The notes beneath the pieces are model-generated. The model ran no database searches, was not told where the DNA came from, and saw only the letters and a program-made list of their open reading frames with translations. The position numbers and the translations under genes were made by a program. From positions 14,322,001-14,386,000 of the forward strand of contig JBHGNT010000001.1 in assembly GCA_043228905.1 (NCBI GenBank): 64,000 nucleotides of DNA, written 5' to 3'. Each line of letters starts with the position of its first letter. Position 1 is the first letter of the stretch. Origin of the DNA: Azolla caroliniana. Taxonomy: Eukaryota; Plantae; Polypodiophyta. This document shows positions 25,984-39,267 of this stretch, in pieces.

Positions 25984-28795
25984 GGGCCGTCTCCTATGGC
26001 CGCTGGCATTGGTACTGCTTCTTTCATAGGTGTAGTTTCTTGTGCTTGCTCTTCTTTCGGTGCTTCCTACATTGGGCTTTCCACGGCATCTGCCGTCGTG
26101 GTGCCAAGGAGGTCCAAATGCACCTCCTCAGTTGGGTTCCGTGGCACCGTGGTGACCTCCGGAATTTCTTTGTCCGGGTGTTGCGGTCCTTTTTTTGTGT
26201 GCTCCCCAGAGTCGTTGTCAGGGAGTATGATGGCGGCCACTTTTTTTTCCTCTTTTGCCTTCTTCTACTCGTTTTGGATTGCCTAGAGCAGAAGGGAGGT
26301 GTCGAGCTGGCTATCTCCAAACTCCTCGAGGAATTGCACGATCTCCTTGGAGTGTCGGTCGGCAAGGGCTTGATATTCTTGCATAAGGTTCTCGCAGATC
26401 GTGGCAATGCTTTCCTCATTCAGCTTGTAGAAGCCCTTACCGTCTTTCTACCGATTTTCTCAATCGGCCCGGTATGTGTGGAGCTCAACGTCCTGCTTTG
26501 CCCATTCGGCCCATCCTCTATTCATCGCCGCTTGAAGTTGTTCCCATAATCTTTCGCACTTTGTTTCTAAGAGGATTTTTATGTGTTCGCTCTTCATTTC
26601 TGTGCATGTCTACATCTCTTCGAGAGCCACCTTGAGGTTCAAAATTTTGTTTGTGTTAGAGGCCATGTTTTCTTCGTAGCATGCCTTTAGCTCTTGCCAT
26701 AGTTTTGATTCTTTATCGTGCAATGCTTCGAGTTGACCCATTTCATTATTCAAGCATACTTCGATAGCGCGCGTGTTTTGTTGTTTGTTCTCGATATTTT
26801 CCTCATACCATTGGCATCTGTTATGCTCAGCCTCCTGTAGTGCCGTAATGATCCCTTCAGCTCGACTAACTTCCTCCCTTTTCTTCTTAAGCTCTTTGGT
26901 CGTCTTTGCGTGAGCCGCGATTTCGGCATCCAATTTTTCTTGAATCATTTTTACGGCTTTTCGTCCCTTCGCCCTGATATCCGACTCACGATGCGATGAG
27001 TGTCGGAGTTCGGAGCGGAGTCTCTCTATCTCCATGTTGGCGATTTCTGCCACCTATTTGGCCTTGGCCGATATCTCCCTCTAAGCTTCGACCTCTTCTT
27101 GGAGCTTTTGTAGCTCGGGTGTGCGGGTGGCCGGGGTGGTGTTTGAGGTTGTGGCTGCTTGGAGTCTGTGCTCCAATTCGGCGATTATCTTTTGGGCCTC
27201 CTAAAGTTGTTCTTTTGTGTACTTTTCAGCCTTCTTTGTTGACTTGTTCTTGTGGACCATATCCTTTGCTCCGTTCCGCACTGTGTACTTCGACTAAGGC
27301 GATGTTTAATGGGGGCAGCTTGATTCCCATACAACTTTCATCCACGTTCTGCATTCGGCCGATCTTGCTTAGAGCATGTTTTTCCTCTCGTTCGATCATT
27401 GCGGCCAGGGCTCGCTTGATCATTTGCCTTTCCGCATGCTCCTCCGTCATGCATTGCAAGACCTAGATTTGCTGCGTGGCCAAGAATTCCATCATTTCAA
27501 AAGAGGTGCCGAATTGGAGCAGCGTTGCGAATTCATGGGCCACGACTGGCATCGCTGGGTAAGCCATTACCACATTATTGGGCGTGATGATGCCTTTGCC
27601 TCGTTCTGTATTTCCGGTCAGGGTTGATTGGGACCGCAGAATTTCTTCAAGCACCTACGTGGGCTCCTTTTCTATTGTTACGACGGAGGTAGGTTGTGCC
27701 ACCACGTCTTTTACCAAACCCCGATCGTCTTTTCGATCGAGTCGGCGGCATTTGGGCTTGGGGCTACTTGGTTGTTCGTTTGTTTCCTCCTCAAGAGGAG
27801 TATGTTGCTCATCTCGGGGAACTATAAGTTCTGAGGCCCGAGTGCTCTCTTCTTTCTCCCATTCGGTTGTGGTGAGGTCTACAAGCCTCCACTTCTGTGG
27901 AAGCAGCACTGGTGAAGGGCGGGCCAAGACTGTACCTGAGAGAGCCTGTGGAGCAAACAGTATCGTAAAATATTGTTGGATTATCGGGCGGAGCTTCTTA
28001 CCTGCATGGAAGGTGTGGAGGCCTTCCCGTAGGGACGGCCCTGTAATCACACCCCAATCAACGGCTTGTCCTTCGAAGGTTGCGATGATGATGTTGACCT
28101 TCTGCTTCGGCATCCCATACGCATTCGGGTGTACGCATCCCACTTCTAATAGGAACTTTGTGATTTCGCAGGAAAAGGGATCAGGGGCATCCCTGTTCTG
28201 TAGACTTTGGTGAAGACGGAATACCCACCAAAATAGTGTTCGGGAACCTCTAAGGAAGGGATCTTGAACTGGCGTTTTCCTGTTGGATTTAAACCCAGCT
28301 TCTTCCTGATATTGGCGTTGGTGATCGTCTCAATGTTTATTTTCTCCGCCATGTCGTGGGTGTTGGGGTGGGTCGGTGCCTCCACCACTCGGATGTACCC
28401 AGCAAAGCCGTGGTCATGAAGCCATCGTCGATCAACATGGCGCTATCATCGTTGAACGGTGCAGAGGGTTTGTCTGAGTGCTGGGAAGAACAAGAGGGAC
28501 GGGCTAAGGGAAGAGTGAGAGAATTTGAGAGTCCGTGGGAGCGAGGAGACCTTAGCGAGCGAGGGGAGCTTAGAGAACGAGAGGAGCTTAGAGAGTGAGA
28601 GGCTTTTCTTCTATGTGTAGAGAAATGTCTTGAATCCCCTTTTTGTGAAGTTGGAAAGTTAGGGTTCAAGATTTGTCGAGCCATGATCTGCACGTGTGTA
28701 CTTGCTTTCTTGGGATCTATGTCTGCATCCAAAACTCTTTTAAATAGTTCTGAATGCCCTCTTTTTTTTCTTTTTTTTCTTTTTTTTTCCCACAC
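25984..28795 (-). pseudogene. Decayed extra ORF downstream of pol (globular N-terminal part plus long coiled coil); its tail continues at 19745-19540
   Basis: Chain of same-strand ORFs at 28337-28795, 28146-28388, 27655-28143, 27226-27654, 26610-27053 and 26024-26419 lying between IN and the 3' LTR. Confidence 0.6.
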
Positions 28796-28899
28796 CTAAC
28801 GGTCATGGTTATTACTATGGTACATTAATGATACACGATTACAAAGTTGGGGTCGCATTTAATGCGATATGGGCCCCTCCCCCAAAGTGAATTCAGCAC

Positions 28900-31800
28900 A
28901 GAGTGGGACGGCGTTTTCCCCCACTGATTCGCGGTGTATTGGAAAGGGTTTGGTGGTGTGGGACCCCAGTACGGCTTGAGCCGGAAGCCATTAACCTTTT
29001 GTTATACCACTCCCCCGGCGAGAGTGCTGAGTTCAAATGTACCATTTGCGACACCGATTATCCAATACGGCCTTTCGACGGTGTTGCTCCTATTCCAGGA
29101 TTGCCATGCTCCGAACCCTATCTTTGCCGAGGTCAAGAAGATGTTGCAAGCATATCTATTCCGATTGTTTTTTTGGGAGGCGCCTGAATCTGTATTCGCA
29201 AGCTTGGAACCTGGAACACGACGGGCATTACGGCTTTGAGTCCAAATGCTAACCGGAATGGGGTAGACTAGATACTAGTTTTGAAGCTTGTTCGATATGC
29301 CCATAGGGCGTTGTGAAGCTTTGTATCCCTATCCGTGCGATTTTCGTTGATGATCTTTTTTAGGATATTCTGTAAGGTTTTATTCGTCGACTCTGCGAGT
29401 CCATTCGCCTGGGGGTAGTAAGGGGTACTCTTTTTGTGGACTACGGCGTAATGGTCGGTGAGTCGTGAATCACTTTGTTCAGGAAGTGGCCTCCTTGGTC
29501 ACTGATTAGTTCGATCGGACAACCGAAATGTCACTAGATATTTTCGTACAAAAATTTTGCGGTGGATGCGGTCGTGTTGTCCCTTAAGGCTTTCGCTTCG
29601 ATCCATTTGGTGCAGTAATCTATTGCTACTTGTTACCCGTGTGTGCCGCGGCTGGGCTAAATGGGCCGACGAAATCGAGACCCCATTTTTGGAAGCTCAA
29701 GTGGAAGCAAGGGCTGATGCATCATTCGGGCTTGCTCCATAGGTTGGCCCATTCTTGGACACAAGTCACATTCCCGACAGCTATACCGCAATGGGCTTCT
29801 CGTAGCACGGCGTCTTTTTCATCATGCCGAACACACCTTTGCCAAATGTCGTCGCTTCCTTTGTGGTACAAAGATTCCTTCATGTAAGCAAAAGTTGTGA
29901 CTTCTGACCGCCAATCATTTCTTCTCGTTTGTTCGCATTCGTGGGGGTAGTAGGCCCATGCTTAAGAAATGGCTCATGTCCTCAAGCCATTTGTCATTAG
30001 GTGACGACTTGTCTGCCTCGGTGTCGCTCGTCGAAATGCTGAGGATTCCGGTGTCCAGAAAGTCATCATCCCCTTCGATAGCCTCCTCACCATTTTCGAT
30101 ACGGCTTAGATAATCAACCACCGTGTGTTGAGCGCCTAGTCGATGCCGGATTTCGAAATCGAATTCCTGTAACAGCAGCATCCATCATGTCAGCTTCCCT
30201 ATAAAAGTGTTTGCTTTGAAACCAGATAGAGTAGCGCCACATGATCGACGTGAAAGAGGAATTTTCGGCCTAGTAGATAGGGCCGAAATTTGTTGACGCT
30301 CAGTCGTGGAGTAGTTCCTCTCCGCGATCGACAATTTTCGGTTGGAGTAGTAGACCGGTCGATGCAAATTCGGCCCGGTCAACTGCATCAGTGCATTGTC
30401 GATGGCTATATCTGAGGCATCCACAAAGACGTGGAACGGGTTCGTCCAGATCGGTGACTGTACTATTGGTGCTTGTGTGAGCATTACCTTTAATGCCATG
30501 TACTCCTTGTCTTCCGTCTCTATCCAACTGAACGGTATGCGGTGCACTGTCGCGTGCAAGGGTATCGCGAAATCCACTAGATATCAAAGCATCCGACTGT
30601 GCCAACAAATCTGCCCCAGAAATCGATTGAGGGCCTTTGCATTTTTTGGGGTCGGGGCCTCAATGATGGCCTTGATCTTTCCCGGATCAACCGCAATGCC
30701 TTCTCAGCTAACTATGTGTCTGAGGAGAGCCCCGCTGATTATGTCGAACGCGCACTTGGCTGGATTAAGGCTAAGTCGTGTTGAGCAACATTGCTCTAAA
30801 CACAACCGGAGGTGTCGTAAATGCTCGACTCGTGCGTCGTAAACCCCAAAATCATCGAGGAAGACTTGCATGAAAGCCGAAATTTACTCACCAAAAATTT
30901 CAGCGATGATGCGCTGAAATGTTGGAGGTGCAGTTTTAAGCTTGAACATCATCACCACATCTACGAACATGCCCCAATCTGTCATGAAAGCGGTTTTTTC
31001 CTGATCATTAGGATGCATGCATATTTGATTATAGTCGCTGAAGCCATCCAAAAAGTTATACATCTCGTGCCCGTCTACAGCGTCGAGTACGCCATCCGTG
31101 AACGGATGGGAAAAGGCATATGTGATCGTGACTGTGTTGAGCTTCCTGTAGTCGACGCAAACGCGGATTTTCCCCTTCTTCTTCAGGACGACTACAATCA
31201 GACTCAGCCACGTTGCCTGCTTGACTGGTTTGATGAACCCAATTTTTAGGAGCTTATCGATTTCTTCTTTAATGTGTGCTGCATAGTTCGGGTTCATGCG
31301 GTAGTGCCTTTGCTGGACGAGTTTTGCGTCCGTCTCCAGATTAATTTGATGTTGGTAGAATTTGGGGTCTAACCCCTTCATATCCTCATGCGACCATTCG
31401 AACACATCTTTATATTCGTACAGGAGGTCGATCATGGTTGCCTTCTCTGGAGGAGGTAGATCCTTCACTATAGAGAGGGGTCGTGGTGCATCGGCCATAC
31501 CGACATTGATTTCTTCTAAGGTCGATGCCGTGAAGCGTCGGGAGATTTCCATTTCTCGATTGAACGCGTCCCACGCCCTATGGAGTTCGAATGAGTGCCT
31601 CTATATCAGGTTCGCAGTCTTCTATCTCTAGTGCCATAGATATGACATATGCGTCGGATGTCTCGATGACGTCGATCTCGAATAGTGGCACGATCCGAGG
31701 ATTCTCCTCCAGGTAAGTTTCGAGTTCTTCGTCATTTATCCCCTCCAACATGTGGATTTCCTCCGCATAAAGCGGAGTCATAGCCTTAGTGGGTGGTGTG

Positions 31801-33520
31801 TTCTCTTGCGTTGGGACCCGAACCTTAGATCGGCCTCGACGAAAACTGATGTTGTTGTGCTGCCAGTTCTGCTTGATGTTTGCGGAACGTGGCCATGGGT
31901 GGCCTAACAGGAGGGGTACACGCCAAGGGCATCCAGGCCTAATACTACGGCCGTTATCTCGAATGTATGACTACCTACTATGATTTCTAACTTGCGGAGT
32001 AGCTCGAGTGGTCGGACGGATCGTGTATCTGCCATGCGGAGCCAGAATGGGCATACTTCCCACTCTGTAATGCCAAAGCGGTTGCATGTGGCCTTGCTAA
32101 TGACATTCACTCCCGACCATCCATCGATATGCACCCTGATATTTCTTTCCCTTGCAGGAGCACCTTTATAGCCGAATTATGGTGGTCTATCACGGCTCGC
32201 CCCGTGCTCAATTCGACAAAATGGCCGGAATCACGACTCGGTCTATGTGACACATCGGGGTTTCCATGGCTTGTTGGAATCAAGGGACCAAATTTAACAA
32301 CTTGTTCATTGTGAGGGTGATCTAACAGTCCGCAAGGGCCTGCCATATTGGATCGTCACCCGGCGTTGTGTCCTCTATGTAAGATGATGATGCCACGGAT
32401 GCCACGTCCTGACGCATGTGATCAATGTTGACCTCATTGTCTTTTTCGGCCCAGGCTTTCACAGCTTTCTGTATTTCATCTTGTTCTTCCCACTCGGCTA
32501 CTTTGGACTGGTTGCAGGTGGTCACCTACTGGACTTATGTTGTGATGGTATTCACGGTCAGTCCCTTTCCCTTATCGCATTGTGGGCACTAAGTCGTGTA
32601 ATAGGCTGGTTGTTGATAAAATAATGTACAACAAACTCACCTTTATTTGTGATTGGTTGGGTCACGGCCTCCGGTGGTGACGTGGGTTCGTCACGAGGTC
32701 GTTGTTGATGATGCCGCGTGTTTTGGGGCATCCTGCAGTAATCACAGCGATTAGTATTCTGCGGGCGATGTTAGTCCTCCTCTTAGCTATCGTTGTGGTG
32801 TTGTTGGTTTCGTTGGTGTCGATCTCCTTCGTACGCCCGTGTTTCGGCCTGTCCCCCTTGATTGTTTGTGGAATGCCGATTCTCGTAGCGTTGCCCTCCG
32901 TAGTCGTTATACTAATCGTTCCGACGATAGTCATCTTCCTCTTGATTGTCCTCGTCTCGGCTATTACGGTCATTGTGGTTATTACGTCGCATCTGGTTCA
33001 TGTTCCAATAACGCTCATCCTGTCGCAAGCGGTCGTGGGGCTATTGATTGTTACGTTATGGTTTGATCCGCCGAACCGGCACCGAGGGTTCAGGAGCCCG
33101 GGAATGGCATTGGTTGTATTCGCATTGGTTGATTGTACGTGCTCGGGAATGGCAAATAGGGCAGTGAGCCCGCATGTTGCAGTCGACTGCCAAATGTCCA
33201 AAGTTAAGACAGATTGTACATTGAATGGCTTGCCTGAACCGATACTCGTCGTCTCGCGGTCGCGCCTATCATAAGGATGTCATGGAACTACCTTCGTCTG
33301 TGTCCTCTAGCTCCATCCAAAGAACCCGATTGATAACCATGTTTGTCATCTGGCCCATAAAGTCGAACATGCCCAACGTCGTTCGCATGGGTCGGCGTAA
33401 GGCGGCAAGGAAGGTTTCTTTAGCCTCATCCTCGATAAGTGCCTGCATAAGCTGGCTCCTTAGGTTTTGGAATTGGATGATAAAATCGGCAGTTGATTCT
33501 TGCTAGAACTGTCGCTTAGG
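28900..33520 (-). pseudogene. gag-pol of the non-chromovirus Ty3 element
   Basis: PR IDGWSGVNVIS; RT RVCVDYRKLN / FLDGFSDYNQI; RH FHVFVDASD / LLLQEFDFEI; IN WGLDFVGP / YYPQANGLAESTNK; many stops. Confidence 0.9.
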
Positions 33521-35019
33521 ATTACTCACCGATGATTTGTCGCTACGGGACACTCCGGTGAAATAATCAAAGAAATTTCGTACAGAGTTGATCGAAGTTT
33601 GTAAAAGTCAAGAGATCGAGTTGCGAGTGCCATCGCATTGCTCATCTGTCGAGCGTAAGCTCGAACTCGGTGATTTTCGAGGCATGGCTTCAGCCTCCAG
33701 GAGTCTTTGCGACACATGGTTCGCGTTCTAGACGTTGAGGAAGGCTCAGGCGTGATCCTTTGCATCGGGTTCACCACTATAATGGGGATAAGAGAAGGCC
33801 ATAATAGTGTACATAGATCGTTTGAAGCTATCGTAAGTAGACTCGGTCAGGCTTGGTAAGGGGTTTGACTAATTGGTGCTTTCACTATCTGAGTGAAGTG
33901 GGGAGAGGACCTCCTAACCACTCTGCTCGGTGAGAACGGACTCGAACATGCTTTTGGCGATATCCGGTAAGCGGTTGTTGAGGTGTGATGTTTCCACAGC
34001 AAGTTCTAACGCCTACCTCATGACCAGTTGTGCTCTGCTCAGTGAGAGCAGACTCGAACGTGCTTTTGGCGATATCTGGTAAGCGGGTGTCGAGGCGTGA
34101 CTTTTCCACAACAAGTTTTGCGGCCTTTCGGGCTTCTGCCCGAGTCTGGGTTTACCTCGGCGAGTTGTTTCTTTGTTGCCTCTGTGGCTAGACAACATCC
34201 ATCCCCTGATGTTCAGTTGTTCTTGTCACAGATCACTAGGCATGCCAAAAGTGTTACCACTTAGGGTTACACGGTACCTAACCCTCAGTCCTTTGGGGTT
34301 CGGCTCAAGGTGATTATGGTTCAAGGATGAACACATGCGTCGTGACCGTGGTATAGATGACTATGTACTGATCTCATAAGTGTTAACCTAATTGTGGAAA
34401 CTATGGAGATTTGGAGGATGGCTACAACCGACTCCTTACGCAATAGCGCGCCCCTCCGTATGAGACTCGACACGAACAGAGATAAGAATTACGAGAACAC
34501 AGCAAGTCAAGCAAAACAGAGACTATATTGCAGAGATTGAATACAAAATTGTCACTCGTTCTTACAAGTTTTCCATGCCCTTTATATACAAGGTCATGGT
34601 CGATTATGCTCGGCGCGTGAACCGTTACACGCATTCATAATGCTTCGGCTTATACTACGGCTGCTACTACTCCCTCATTATTACGCTTCAACCCCCACCC
34701 ATCTATTTCTCATGTCGTAACCATCCCTTTTGTCTTCCCTTCTCGACTTTTCCCACTTGGCCATCCAAGGCGGCCAACACATGCTCAAGCGACACACAAG
34801 AAGGCTACAATTGATATGGATGAATAATCTTTAAAACAACAGAGAATGAGAGCTAAATCTAGTAAACATGCCATTAAAATCACCAAGCCCTCAAAATTGA
34901 GCTCCCCATCTCTAACACTCTGTTATATTGTAATAGGAAAGTTCATGATACACCCTCGGGAAGGTGCCCTAGAATACATTGAACACATTCTAATCCCCAC
35001 AAATTTCTTGTAGCCTAAT

Positions 35020-35412
35020 TGTAAAGAATCAAGAGATGGATTCTGTGCAGTGGAATAGATATGAACTATGTGTGTGTATGAGAGAGAGTGTGTGTGTGAG
35101 AGAGAGACAAGGAGTAAGACACAGAGAATACGCAAGGTAAAGTATATTAACAAAGGAGAAGGACTCAACATTATACAGGGTGGGAGGAGGGTGCTTTATA
35201 TAGTCACCCGCTCTCTTCATTAACTACAAGACTCATGGAGCATGGGGAATGTGAAAGCTCATAAGTTATGTGTCATAGAATATGATTCTATGACTCATAC
35301 TAAATGCTAGAATACAAAGTGGTGACATAATGGTGACTCTTGACTGTTGGAGTGTCTATTCACTCTCAAGGTAAGTTCACACACTAGACCAAGTTGAGCT
35401 TGTTTCTCAACA
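35020..35412 (-). mobile_element. Solo copia LTR
   Basis: TG...CA termini, TSD CTAAT; reverse-complement homologue of 14568-14886. Confidence 0.9.
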
Positions 35413-37881
35413 CTAATTTACACTATGACATGCAATTTTATGTAATCAAATATCTACAAGATTAGGTGAATAGGACAAATTGACTTAAATTTGAAACTCA
35501 TCTACATCCAGTAGATATTCCTATAGATTTTATTATTAGTCAACCTTGAACAAAAAGAGATCATCATTCTCTATGTGTTGTTATTAGTTAAGTAGCAAAA
35601 TCGGCTAGAATTATACTAATAAAAGTGATAGTAAGTGCTCATGGATTGGCTTACTACTTTGTTGACAGGTTATTGATAGATGCAACTAACAATAGAGATT
35701 CTAATTTTACTAGATATTTCTAAAGTTGCGTCTTTAAAAAGTGAGAAATTATTTGGATCATGAATTCCTCGAATCATCCTTAGTCTAATGGTCAAACTTA
35801 ATCAATCAATCAATCAAATTGTTGAGGTTGATTTGAGCTTATGAGGCAAAGAAGACTACAAATGGTGAACAATAGCTCCCTTCATTAGAGTTTACTTATA
35901 ATATCTCTAAACATGTTTTAGCTAGATATAGTCCTTTTTTTATGATGGATTTCAGCCATGAGCCCCGATCAATGTTTTTTCATCAAAACAAATGAGAGAA
36001 AAACATTTTCTCAAGGATATACAAGAAATATTGCATATTACATGATATAATATTAAGACTAGATAGAACATGTTTGTATGCCAATTATAATAAGCATCCT
36101 CGTGCATATACATTCAAATTTTAAAACTTTATTGACAGGTATGTGGGCTAAAATAGGCCCATACTATTGTGGTCCTTTTATAGTCCAAGTGTCGTGGTTC
36201 ATCTACTTATCATATTAATCCTCCAATCGGTGGTGTTGATGTTTATCTTATTTTTCATGTTAATCACCAAAAATAACTTCTTGGTTCTCACAAAACACGA
36301 TAACCATTACATCTCTTGTAATCCACAAGGAATTTTCTTCTAAGCTTCATTCATCAAAAAAATTCTTAGTCCTTGAACGAAACATTTGAGATTCAAAAAG
36401 ACTTGCGAACCATGTATTATGACACTTAGGAGAAGGACAATGTTTTTCAATCTAACTTCCTTGATTTTGGTTTCTTATTATAGTTCTACAATAATTTGGA
36501 AATGGGAGTATGTTATATACGTAGCCTTAGAGGGCAATTCCAAAGGCTTATTTCAATGGTTTACGGGTAGGATAAATGGGAAGCTAGTTATGTAGGAGTT
36601 GGGACATGTGGGAACATGTGATGGTCGGAGAGTCTAAGGAGTTGTTCTATAAATGGAACTAGGTACCCCCTTCATTATGGCATCTAGAGATGTGTTGGCT
36701 CTATTTGTGTGGCAAATCTCTCTTCGTTTGAATCCATTCATCTCAACTTCCAAGATCTAACAAAAATTCATTGTATTGGTTGTCGATGCTATTTTATGTT
36801 TGTCTCTTGCCCTTATCTTTGGCCTTCTCTTTATTCCATCTAGCGAGAATGTAAAACCGTAATCAATTGTTTATGCATCCATATTGTAGCTCTTCCTCTT
36901 AATAACTCCTTGGACATAAATCTTTGAGCCCAATATATTTTCTATCTCACTTTGCATTGTAAAATTTCATTCTAGTGTTTCTAAATTTGTCCTATACGGT
37001 TTTTGGCCAGGTGTCTCATATGGCTTTTTCGGTGGTCCAAAGGGTAGCAACAATAGTCATTTTCCCAAGTATAATTTGTGATTATTTTCATTAAAATGCA
37101 TTCACCTCTACCACTATGATGCTTGTGCTTCATTATCGTTTATTTTTTACTAACGTCTTGATAATTTAAAAGAAGTATGTTAGAAGTTTAAAAAGAGGTA
37201 AATATAACTATTCCACGTAGTAATCGAATTTTATTGCCATCAAAGTGCATTCACCCCTATGTGTTGTTGTTACTTTCTTCCTTTAGTGGTTTTTTCTTAG
37301 CTAATTTATTGTTATTAAGCATCTAAAAGGCAATGCATGTTATTGTGTTTTGAATGTAACATCTAGTTTAGTTTCTAATCATTGATTACCAATACGCACA
37401 AAAGGTAAGCCCTATGTACTTGCAATAAAAAGTTGATCATATGAGCAACCTAGGTTATCACTTGCAAGCTTCTACACTAAAGTCACCATAAGGAGTGCAC
37501 GTTTATGCGATAACATAATAACATACCCACATGTCGGTGTGCCAACGTGTAACATTTTGCAACCAATGCAATGTCCGTGATACTTGAGAATGATCATACA
37601 AATCTTCCTTGATTTGTAGAAGGTAACACCATCTTTATAGTTTGTAAATGAGAATGAGAACCATATTTCTACAATATGTATGTTCTCTTAACACCATCTT
37701 TTTAGTTAGTACATGAGAATATGAAGCATTGTCTATAAATTATAATATGTTCCTTAACCAATTTAGAAGAACTTTCTTTCTTATTAGTAACTCTATTTCT
37801 CCCAAGAATACTAATACATATGAATAACCTCGTTCTTTGATGAAGAAACAGAGCACTCCTTGAAAGGAGAAACAAATATGA

Positions 37882-39267
37882 ATGGGTGAGCTGCCAGAAG
37901 GGCGAGGGATCCTCTCAAACCTTGCTCTTCTCTTATGCCAATACAGTAAACAGAAGGCATTTTACCATGGTAAGAAAGCCCATCATCATATCTATGAATC
38001 AGGTTATGAAAATAGTAGATTTTTAGCTAATTGGGTCATTCAAATGTATGGAGAGTGTGGGCTTATGGATGATGCTAGGGCTGTTTTTGATCAAATAAGA
38101 TGCCCAAATACACATTCTTGGACCATTCTTCTTGCAATGTATGCACTAAATGGCCATATGGATCATGTGGAGAATGTCTTTTGTAGAATGACAGAGCGTA
38201 AAGTTGTCTCTTGGAATGCTTTGATGACAGCTCATGTGCGAATCGGCTCAAAAAACGAAGCTGTACATGTCTTTTATAGAATGCATTGTGAAAGTGTTCA
38301 AATGGACAATGTAAGCTTTGTTTGTGTGTTAGATGCTTGTTGTGGCCTACACGAAGGAAAGAGAATACATGTTTCTCTTGTAGAATGTGGCTATATGCTG
38401 GACATTGTGGTTGGGACAGCTCTTCTTACTATGTATGGACGATATCAAAGTGTGGAAGATGTGAAGATTGTGTTTCGTAACATGGTAGATAGGGATAAAT
38501 CATGTTGGAATGCAATGATGGCTGCATTAACTCAAAATGATGAGGGTGAAGAAGCTTTAGATGTGTTTTATCAGATGCAATGCATAGGGGAAAAGCCTGA
38601 TATTGTCACATTTGTATGTGTACTTGATGGGTGTGCAAGCATATGCACCACATTAGGGCAAGTTATTCATGCAACTATAATTGAACATGGAATTGAAGTA
38701 GAGCATATTCTCGGTACAGCTCTTGTTGACATGTATGGGAAGCATGGAAACTTAGAGGATGCATTTCATGTGTTCTCTAAAGCACCTCATACCAATGTTA
38801 TCTCGTGGAATGCCATCATAAGTGTGTTTGCTCAAAATGGGTGTGGTAGCAAGTCCTTAGATTTGTTCAATCAAATGCAAAGACAATCCATTAAGCCAGA
38901 CTATACAACTTTCATTAGTGTCCTTACTGCATGTAGCCATGCGGGGTTGGTGAATCTTGGATGGTATTTCTTTGTTTACATGGGTAGGAACCATGGAATA
39001 TCAATAACTATTGACCATTGTTGTTGTATGATTGATCTTTTGGGCCGAGCAGGGCACTTAGAGGAGGCTGAATATTTGCTGAATAAAATCCCTCTTGAAG
39101 TCGATGATGTCACATGGCGTTCTCTGCTTGGTGCATGTAAAATACATAGTGATATTGAACGAGGAATACGTATTGCAAATAGATGTTTGTCATTGCATCC
39201 AGTTGATGCTGCACCATATGTAACTCTTCTAAATATCCATGCCACATCTGGTAATGAGATCTGTTAG
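37882..39267 (+). CDS. PLS-class pentatricopeptide repeat protein with E domain and no DYW (organellar RNA-editing factor type)
   Basis: 461-aa intronless ORF with repeated SWNA.. / VGTALVDMYGK motifs, LTACSHAG, CMIDLLGRAG and E-domain WRSLLGACKIH..AAPYVTLLNI. Confidence 0.93.
   Translation: MGELPEGRGILSNLALLLCQYSKQKAFYHGKKAHHHIYESGYENSRFLANWVIQMYGECGLMDDARAVFDQIRCPNTHSWTILLAMYALNGHMDHVENVFCRMTERKVVSWNALMTAHVRIGSKNEAVHVFYRMHCESVQMDNVSFVCVLDACCGLHEGKRIHVSLVECGYMLDIVVGTALLTMYGRYQSVEDVKIVFRNMVDRDKSCWNAMMAALTQNDEGEEALDVFYQMQCIGEKPDIVTFVCVLDGCASICTTLGQVIHATIIEHGIEVEHILGTALVDMYGKHGNLEDAFHVFSKAPHTNVISWNAIISVFAQNGCGSKSLDLFNQMQRQSIKPDYTTFISVLTACSHAGLVNLGWYFFVYMGRNHGISITIDHCCCMIDLLGRAGHLEEAEYLLNKIPLEVDDVTWRSLLGACKIHSDIERGIRIANRCLSLHPVDAAPYVTLLNIHATSGNEIC

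Larger units (their letters stand above)
18945..34781 (-). mobile_element. Non-chromovirus Ty3/gypsy element (Athila/Tat-related) with a 3' extra ORF
   Basis: LTRs 18945-19491 and 34252-34781, TSD CGCTC/TGCTC, TATA on the minus strand, PBS TGGCATGCCTAGTG (tRNA-Arg-like); domain order gag-PR-RT-RH-IN. Confidence 0.9.
10535..34810 (+). mobile_element. Degenerate Tcn1-like Ty3 element B (5' LTR ~10535-10956; gag 11021-11471 + 18186-18530; integrase ~18590-18944 + 34782-34810), host of two large nested insertions
   Basis: Gag EPKISLPDKFNGTRRHFQGFINQ...FGD|TDRRRTAITKL reads through once 11472-18185 is removed. Integrase tail LHTAQATHKK reads through once 18945-34781 is removed. LTR ends in GTGACA. 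Confidence 0.75.

Noticed and set aside
32702-33274. 190-aa hydrophobic plus-strand ORF resembling a membrane/env protein
   Set aside because: Antisense shadow of the Asn/Asp/Arg-rich gag region
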